Positions 55,401-64,000 of a stretch of 64,000 nucleotides of DNA are shown here, in pieces (the first letter of the stretch is position 1; every line of letters starts with the position of its first letter). Where the stretch lies: NCBI RefSeq assembly GCF_031769215.1, contig NW_026781979.1, forward strand, positions 1,178,001-1,242,000. The letters are read 5' to 3'. Source of the DNA: Ylistrum balloti. Its lineage: Eukaryota. The notes under the pieces are model-generated. The model was not told where the DNA came from. It was given only the letters and a program-made list of their open reading frames with translations, and did not search any database. The translations under genes and the position numbers were made by a program.

Positions 55401-55724
55401 AAACAGAGTACAAGGATGCTAAGATGATATGTGGTAAACAGTGTACAAGGATGCTAAGATGATATGTGGTAAACAGAGTACAAGGATGCTAAGATGATAT
55501 GTGGTAAACAGAGTACAAGGATGCTAAGATGATATGTGGTAAACAGAGTACAAGGATGCTAAGATGATATGTGGTAAACAGAGTACAAGGATGCTAAGAT
55601 GATATGTGGTAAACAGAGTGCAAGGATGCTAAGATGATGTGTGTTAAACAGAGTACAAGGATGTTAAGATGATATGTGTTACACAGAGTACAAGGATGCT
55701 AAGATGATATGTGGTAAACAAAGT
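52478..55724. repeat. 35-bp satellite array, about 3.2 kb (about 93 units), between the convergent DCXR and TEPSIN 3' ends
   Basis: Consensus GATATGTGGTAAACAGAGTACAAGGATGCTAAGAT. Deletion variants are concentrated in 54090-55070. Confidence 0.98.
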
Positions 55725-57267
55725 GAAACCCTTGGATGTTGAAGATACCATATATCATATAATTTAACTGGTTATCAATAGAAAAAACCTTGTCAATCAG
55801 TGCACTAAGATTTGCAGTGATTTAAGAAGATTGTGATTGTATTATCTGATTTCTATATTTCTGTTATAGTGATTTCCTGTTAACATTCTTCCTAATAAAC
55901 TAGTTTTAAAATTCATGAAAAATGTAGGTTATGAATGTGTCATTGTAGAAATGGGTAGTGGTCAGTACAAACATTTACATGGTTTTACAAGTGTGCATTT
56001 AACAGAAATATATTCTAATATGAAATCATAATGTCATTGTGTATCCATATTTGATCTATATTTTATGTACTTTTTCTAAATATTTAAATATGTTTTAATT
56101 ATATTACATCAAATAGATTATCAATATATTGTAATCCAATATATGACCAGCTGTCTTAGCATTTAGAACACCAAAAAGCTAAATGCCAGCAGATCTAACA
56201 TTGTTTATGAATGATATGATTTCATTACCAATAAATATGTTTTAACCAGAAAAAAATACTTCTGTCATTTTTTCTCATTTGTTTTTTATTTTCATATTGC
56301 GGCATTTCAAAATGAACAGTCAAGTTACTACTTGACAAACTTTATTGGTTAACATCCACATGAACAAAGTCTAGTCACTAATGAGTGTGCATACTATGTA
56401 CTGTAACTGGCACTCATTATGGTAGTTGTTGTTAAGAAGAAAAAATACTTATATGTTGAACACATTCTCATAGTAAAAATGAAATGATTTACTGTTTTCT
56501 AAAATTGCAAGTACATGTGCACTGGATTCAATGTCTTATTTTTGGAACATTTGGAATATGAATTGAACAACCTTTAATGATGCCAATCAATATTCAGTAA
56601 AACAGTGTTGCCAACCTTTTACTTAATAATATTTGGTGATGGCCTTCAAAGTCAAGGGTGACAGAGTGTTTTAAAGGGTCATTAGACAAAAAGACCGTAT
56701 TTCCCATTCTATTGTATAGTTATACCATTCATATGAATTAAATGATTTTATGTCAGAGAAGAACAATAGACGATTTTAGCATTTTTCATGATTTCAGCAG
56801 ATCATGGTATGGCCAGTAACATTTCACCTTATGAAATCAGGTGAGTTGGCAACAATGGAAATGAAACACTTGTTATAATTCAGGAGAAGAGAATGTTAAC
56901 TACGTTATTTATATAACAAAAAAATCTGAAAATCACTCAAAATTTCACAAAGATTTAAATGGAAAGCATCATTTTTATCAAATGAAAACTCAAATACTCT
57001 TTCTGAAAAATGCACAGCATGGAAATGGCAAATAGCAAAACTAAACATTATTAATAAAAATTACAAAAACTAACATGAACCATGACAACAACATAAAATA
57101 TTGCACAGACACCCATCTGGTAAATGTTGGATGGGGAAATTAAGGATCTCATTTGAAGACTGGCAGACTATGATGTATGATAAAAGAAATAGATAAATCA
57201 AAAGTGATGTATTTGAGCCAAGTGTGTCATTTGTTAACCCTCAAGTCTGATCAAATCCTGCAAATGC

Positions 57268-60200
57268 CTAGGTAATATCATTATTAGATTGAACCATGTC
57301 TGACTGACCCTGCACTGTGTCTGCACTGTACAAGGTTTTACTTGGGTCTTGCTGTAATAGCAACTCAATGTCTCTTTCTGTATTAGCATTAACATTCTCT
57401 TCCTTGTCCTCACACTGTAGCCTTTGCATATGTTTGGAATGTTGCTGGCCCAGCAGGTCACATTCCAAGGCCTGTCCATTCAAGTTGGTGTCTATTGCTG
57501 ATCCATGAAATAGAATGTTGTTTGATAGCCTCTCCAAAATTTTAATGATCTGAAAAATTACCACACATACTATTTACAGCAGCAAATGTTTATGCAACAT
57601 TTTTCACTATTGTGATGATAGAAAAAAGGAATTATCTCCCCTTCACTGTTCAACTTATTCATGATCAGTATAATATCACACGTTGAAGTTCCCATGTTAT
57701 ACCTGGTAATAAAAATGACCTTAAATCAAACCAAACTTGTTTAAGTTTATCCCTGATATCTCCTTCAGATCTACCTTATTTGCCTTTGATGCTATTGGCC
57801 CAGTACAGTTTCCAACCAACCAGATCAGGTTTCCCTTGCACGTCCGAATCACTCTATCAATGCTGATTAAATCTGTAGTGAGCAGATTCTCCACCAGAAG
57901 TAAGGACCTCTAATGAAGAGAAATAATTGTCAAATGGGACATGTTTCATAGTAAAGGAAATGTATATACAGATGAATAAATATTTACAGCATGACTTGGT
58001 AATTTGGTTTACAACTTTTCCACTCAGTGAGCCTGTGATGTTACAACTAAATTTAAATCAACAATTGATGCTAATGTATATCAATTCTTTCTACCAAAGT
58101 ATATTTCAATCAGTTAATTACATTTCCATCAAAACATCTTCCAGCCAATGTCTTTAACTGCCTATCAATACATTTGATTCTCACCAAAACATTAATGTCT
58201 GTGCTTATAGTTTAACAGTAAAAGACTCACCATTCTGTGGTTATCAACTCCAGATTTTAACCGCTGATTTAGAAGTTCTAGGATTTTATAACAGCTTAAT
58301 TGATGGCAATTCTGTACAAAATTCTTAATCTCTATCCTTTTCAGAAGAAATGATTGACCATTGTCCACAGTGTTGTTCACTAGATTTTCCTCCCCACTCC
58401 AATCTTCCAAAGTCACTACTTCCATCCTTCAGAAAAAGTCATTACTTATTTAATTAAATTCATTAAGTATATGTAAGACATACGCAATACAAAACCTGAA
58501 TATGTATGTTAGTCCTAGTGATTATCATTATCATACTTGACCTTGACCTTGAGTAGTGTCTATATGATAATATCTGTCTCTCTATTTATCCACTGGTTAA
58601 GAAGAAGTTATTCAAGTAAACGCCTCATACCTCTCTAAAAGGTCATTATTACTGCCACTGCTTTTTTTACCAGATGACTGGCTGTGTCCATGGCGACTAT
58701 CAACATCATCATCACTGTCATCCCAACCACCACCTGCCTTTCCAGGAACATGTTTCCTCATTGGCTCAACTGAAAACATATTGCAGATAAATTAGTATGT
58801 GATAAAATTACAATAATTATTTAGAAAAAAGAACTTATGTATCAAGACCAGTGACCTTTGACACTTTAACCTTGACAGATGATCACCATGATATGGTAAG
58901 GTGTAAAAATATGAACCAAATCTGTTACCAGATTTTGTATTTATTTAGAAGAGAACATATGACAGGACCAGGTTGCTGGATTAACACTCTAATATGACAC
59001 CTTTCCCCCAACACATTCCTAATAAAAATGGCTGGGCATAATATGTTCTAGGATTTCATCTATCTCATCCCACTTCAGATTTATTTGTTGACCTCTCAAT
59101 ATTCCAGTACCACCAAGATACTGTTAAAACATGTCAATGTCAGCCAACCACATACAGATCAGCCATACCTGGGTAGGATTTTACTTCTGGCTTTGTAAAG
59201 GGTGTAACAAGAGGTGATGAATCAGTCGTGATGTTCATTGGTGGTTTGTATTCTCCAACATTTTGTACAGTTTTTAACAACTCCCGCTGTCTGTCAGCTG
59301 GCTGTTCGTTAATCTTTTCTGCTAATTTGTATACATTATCAATCAAATTGTCTCCAAATGTACCTGTAAGAATTCATATACATTGTCAAGCACAATAAAA
59401 TCAAATATATCTATCGCTATTTTACATCCAGTATCTGAACAAACCTGTCATGTACCTACTGCAATGTACATAGTATATGTCAATTACTGTTTCTACAAAT
59501 ATTGTAACAAACATCTGTGATAAGCCCATACACTTGAATTTAGCTTTTCCTCATTCTTTTCTCTACTTTAATTTCACTTTAACAATATTTTATATATACC
59601 ACAACTTTCAAAAGGCAATACATTAAACTAGAAAAAAAAATTGTGTATATCTATTTATGAATTTTATGAAATATTTATCATTTCATTTATCAAACCATAC
59701 GTGGTTTTACACTGTGTTTTTGCAATGACTATTTTCGCTTATTTAAAGTGATGCTATTTATTTCTATCTACAGTATGTAGAAGGTGGATGATAAATGAAG
59801 GTACATTACCTACCTGTACATTGATTTATGATATTGTATATTAAATGCTTATTACTTTTTTGTACAGCAGGAGAGTTTCCAAATCCTTCTAACTTCCCAG
59901 TCTGATGATTTGATGAACCCATGCTACCTGTAGGAACCAAGACAATTCTCACTGATCAATGATAATGATATGTGATATAAAACACCACACAGAAGGAATA
60001 AACACTATCTGTAAGGAACAGCTTAGAAAAGATATAGATAAAATATTCCCCATTTTTAAACAATATTTTATCCAATATACAGTGTATATAATGCAATAAT
60101 GTATTAATGTACAAAATCGTTGGTAGGTTGATGAAAATTATGGGGAAGTTTAAGGTTGTCGTAGGAATCTTATTGAGAAATATTTTACTTCTTTGTGGGA

Positions 60201-63200
60201 TATGAAGCTGGACGTGTTTGATACTTGTTAGCTTACCTGTTCATTGCATTGTTGTATATATACCTTGTTCTTATCTGAGAATGAAACATTACTTAATTGG
60301 ATTGACCAAGACTTACATGACGGAAATCATTGATGAAGCAAAATACCCTTACTACTCCAGAACACCTGGTCTTATTCTTCTTGTACTTTTGCAAGAATCT
60401 CTATGTAAATCTTTCTTTTGTTCATATACAAAGGTATTTCGCCCTATTTTGATTGAAATGGAGTCTCGATTATGATTATGTTGACATGTTGGTATTTTCT
60501 TGGGTTTTTTTGTACATCTAGAATGTTTCCAATGAAAAACATACTTAAAGCTTTTAAATCCTATGTTGGATAATACAGAATTAATCAATTTTATGAACTA
60601 ATCAAAGTACTCTGCATATATGATAACCAATGTATGTAAAGTTTTAATAGCTTTCACACTTTGAAGCAAATGATCATTCTGGGGCACTGTTTGCATATGA
60701 GCACCTTTGGAACAGTCAGTAAATCAAGCTTTTAAAGTAATTTTATTGTTTTATATGCCATCGAAATGAATAAACATACACAAATAATTCTAAATTTCTA
60801 TTAAAATGAATTGATATTTTTTTCTGATAAACAAAATTTATAAGCTTAATATGAAAATAACAAGAAAATGGTTGCCTGAAATATATATATATATATATAT
60901 CCTGTACCTGTATTTATCAGCTTGACAGACTCCTTATCCTGGCCTTCTAAGTTTGCTTCCATCACCTCTGTATCAAATAACATCTCAGACAGCTCCTGAA
61001 ATCCAGTTCAATTCATTGGTTGGTATATCTGTGTCATAACACCTTCTAAAATTAAGATACTTCAGTTTTTCTGGTCAATGTCTGTACCAAAAACCTTATG
61101 TGCATAATTCTCATTTTGAATCTTAATCAATTTTAGAGCATAAATACTACACAAAAGGATTGGACGCAAGTTGTCACAACATAATACAATTATACATATG
61201 CACAACTTAGCAATGGTGAAATCAATCAGTACATAAATAAAATTTTCAAATTTTCAGTAAAGAATAAAGGTGCAAAAAACAGAAAGAAAATGGATGCTTA
61301 AATAATAAAGAAGAAAACAAATTAGGTTCTAAGGGCTAGTCAAATGGCACTGTCAACATGTAGAAATATAATCACCTGTATATGTACATGTACTTACACA
61401 AATCTTTTACTATTGATAGCAAAATTTTGTGCGTGTTTAAAAATAGCTTCATTTAATTTTACGTCCAAGGAATTATCACCAAACATAAGGTTTTCATATG
61501 TAATATTACCATACCATAATAAATGTCTGCATTTTATTTCTTTCTACATCGTACCATGGACAATAAAAAATAAAGTGTTTCCCGTCCTCTACAGTATGTC
61601 GACATCGGCAAGATGGACTGTCAGTTAGATTAACACGGAATAAGTCATTATTAAGAATACTAGCGCACTCATGGATACGACAATGTAAGATATTAACTCT
61701 CTTTTCACCATACTCTTTAAAAATCTTCCCTTATAAAGATTATTTTGCTAGTCTGATACAATTATGAAACTGTTTCAAAGTGGTGCTATTTCTTTTTTCC
61801 AGTGACAGGTTGTTCCATAAATTACAGGTGTTAGGAATAAAAGAAGACATAGTTAGGCTAAGACGATAATGGGGAATTTGATATTCATCTTTGTTTCTGA
61901 GATTATAAGTGGACAAGTCAGATACTTTCAGAGGAAGGAGAGACACAAGATAGTTTGGTGAATTACAAGACTGAATGCTATTCTAGAAGAGGCCTAATAT
62001 AAACTAAAAAAAAATTTCAAGATTTTTCCTGTTTAGAGTATATTTTAATTTTCTAAAAGTTGACAAATACTTTTTAGTTTTATTTATAATGCTATAAACA
62101 AGAACACCCCATTTGGTATTTTCACTAATGTTAACTCCTAAATGCTTATGAGACTTGACTGAAGGAATTGTGTTGCCATTAAATTCAAATTTAGGGTCAT
62201 AAGGTAGAATAATTCTCATTAGCAAGACTTCTTGCAAATAACATAACATGATATCAAATTTCAATTTATTCGTCACCTCCTGAATCAGAAATATATTCAA
62301 AATGAGAAATTATTCTAAAAGTTTTACCTGTGCAGCTTTGCGGACCATGAGATAGGGCACATTTCCATGCAAAGGATCTGGAGCACCACTGAATTCTGAC
62401 ATATAACCAATTCACAGCTGTAGAATGTGTTACATTAGGACAAAATAACCATACACAAATATTTTCATGTCTTTTATGTGAAAATAACATAACAATGTTT
62501 ACATTGTTAACCTTATTAGGTTAAAATCAAATTCTAGTTAAAGAATATGTCAACCTCTGTAACATGACAATGAAGTCCATTGTTCAAAACTGGTAAATAT
62601 GTCTTATTTACCAAAAGGAAATCAAGAGAATAAAAAGTAAAGTATATTTTTTTTACATTATACTTAATATCAATAAATTCAAATTTTTGTGAATCTTTTA
62701 ATAAACATGTATGATTGACTGCATTGTTATTAAAAAACATAACCATAAGAAATATACATATATATGCATATCATCAAAAATGACCATGATACTGATGAGA
62801 AATCCATCAATGTACTTCATTTATTTGATACATACAGATGTCTCAGTAATAATAGCATGAATATTACCAATACTTACTTGTAGCCGCTGTTATTCCTCGT
62901 GACTTTTTCAATAAACCAAATCGAAAATTTCTATGACCATTTTCTAGCAAATATTTCATCACTTTGATCACCTGTAAATTAACACCTTGCATTAAAATTT
63001 CACTTACTCATAAAAGTTTTGCGAAAATGAAAATCATTGCACAAAGCTTGCAACACTACAAATTACATTTTGATGTAGATTTACACTTATACGTTCTAGA
63101 CTGATGTATACTGTACTATCAAACTGATTAAAAGAAAAGTTGTACTGTAAGGACAATAAGCTGATATATCCTTCTATGCATGCATGTAGAAGAAAACAAA

Positions 63201-63951
63201 TTTAAAGATAATGTACTAGTGTAGGGCATGATTAATGAATGTGTTAATGAATGTGCCATATTGTATAAAGAAAAAAACCTTCAGTTTAATGTGACAAGAG
63301 TTTCTCTCCAGTCTGTCAACAAGGTATTCCAGGGTACTTTCACAGTAGCCATCAGATTCATGGGTAATTTCTTACATGATTAAGGAATTTCAAACTTGAA
63401 ACATGGTTATCTTTATACACTTACACCTGTAGTTACAAATATGAAAGTTGTGTTTTTCATAAAGCAGATTTATGTATTACAAAGGTTGTAGAAAGAAAAT
63501 GTATATATTGAAAATTACTTCAAATTTGTATATCACTATTGCTCAGACTAATAATATATATGTGAATATAAATGTAATATTGAAAATACAGATTATGATG
63601 CATGACTAAATCTATAATTTTAACACTAAACAATAATGACTGTAAACAACACAATATTGATAGTAATATTATGATTGTTTTCAGTTATTACAAATTAATT
63701 TCTACATCAGAAATCAGCAATGTGTAAGAGGAGCAAAAAGATGCATGTTCAGACTGGGGTTTGAATCCGGCATCTAGTGCAAGTACAAAATCTACAGTGC
63801 CTAGATGTACAAACAGACACAATGTACATCTATGGTACTATGCAGACTGCATTTGATCTGGTAGTTAGTCAAGGATACTGCTTATTTCTTGGTAAAGATA
63901 GCCAGGTATTGGCCTATCGTCATCTGAAGTTGCCTTCAATATTGTGCTGAT
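57268..63951 (-). CDS. TEPSIN: AP-4 complex accessory subunit tepsin (ENTH + tVHS), 5'-incomplete; exons 63951-63879, 63370-63279, 62971-62878, 62395-62328, 60995-60908, 59927-59856, 59363-59169, 58769-58631, 58426-58231, 57909-57775, 57549-57268
   Basis: Motifs KATSDDDRPIPGYLYQEI, ESTLEYLVDRL..IKLKVIK, FSGAPDPLHGN..VRKAAQ, LEGFG, PGKAGGGWD, tVHS-like EENLV..T..FL...EIKNFVQNC and GPIASKANKIIK. These match human tepsin as recalled. Eleven GT-AG exons sum to 1434 nt in frame. The start exon lies beyond the window. Confidence 0.93.
60250..60480 (+). mobile_element. 3' tail fragment of the Penelope-like family, opposite orientation, in a TEPSIN intron
   Basis: TTGTTCTTATCTGAGAATG...GGATTGACCAAG...CATGACGG...CTCCAGAACACCTGGTCTTATTCTT matches the reverse complement of about 23290-23460. 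Confidence 0.75.
61560..62200 (-). mobile_element. CR1/L2-like LINE ORF2 3' remnant in a TEPSIN intron
   Basis: FNGNTIPSVKSHKHLGV..W..FRKLKYTLNRKNLE, YNLRN..IPHYR..SFIPNTCNLWNNL and CASILNNDLFRVNLTDSPSCRC, broken by stops and frameshifts. Confidence 0.8.
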
Positions 63952-64000
63952 CTGAAAGAAACAAATGTCATGCTATTAATTTAATACGGTTCTAGACTTT

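Noticed and set aside
15643-55724. Tandem arrays (21, 25, 35, 38, 43 bp) as CRISPR arrays
   Set aside because: Units are head-to-tail with no unique spacers, no cas genes are present, and the context is eukaryotic.
52478-55724. 35-bp satellite as a repetitive coding region
   Set aside because: The unit length is not a multiple of 3 and each unit carries a stop triplet on both strands, so no long ORF exists.
63750-63830. tRNA-like B-box (GGATTCAAACCCC on the minus strand)
   Set aside because: No cloverleaf can be drawn; at most a degenerate tRNA-derived SINE fragment.

Overview
AT-rich, intron-containing animal genomic DNA with one 163-N assembly gap (27238-27400). It is most likely a bivalve mollusc, inferred from the Penelope-like retroelement family and the IgGFc-binding membrane-protein type. 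Six protein-coding genes were reconstructed by hand with GT-AG introns and frame-consistent exon sums. On the minus strand: two tandem type-B carboxylesterases, an IgGFc-binding-domain type I membrane protein, an uncharacterised ankyrin-repeat protein and a 5'-incomplete TEPSIN. On the plus strand: DCXR. The window also holds four fragments of a Penelope-like RT element, two CR1-like LINE remnants, a degenerate DNA transposon and tandem arrays with 21, 25, 35, 38 and 43 bp units. No prokaryote-type system (CRISPR, operon) is present. The most unusual signals are tandem duplications of DCXR exon/intron junctions that multiply splice donors, an apparent CpG-depletion boundary near 34 kb, and the unnamed domain of the ankyrin protein. 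No computation or database search was run; family calls come from recalled motifs.
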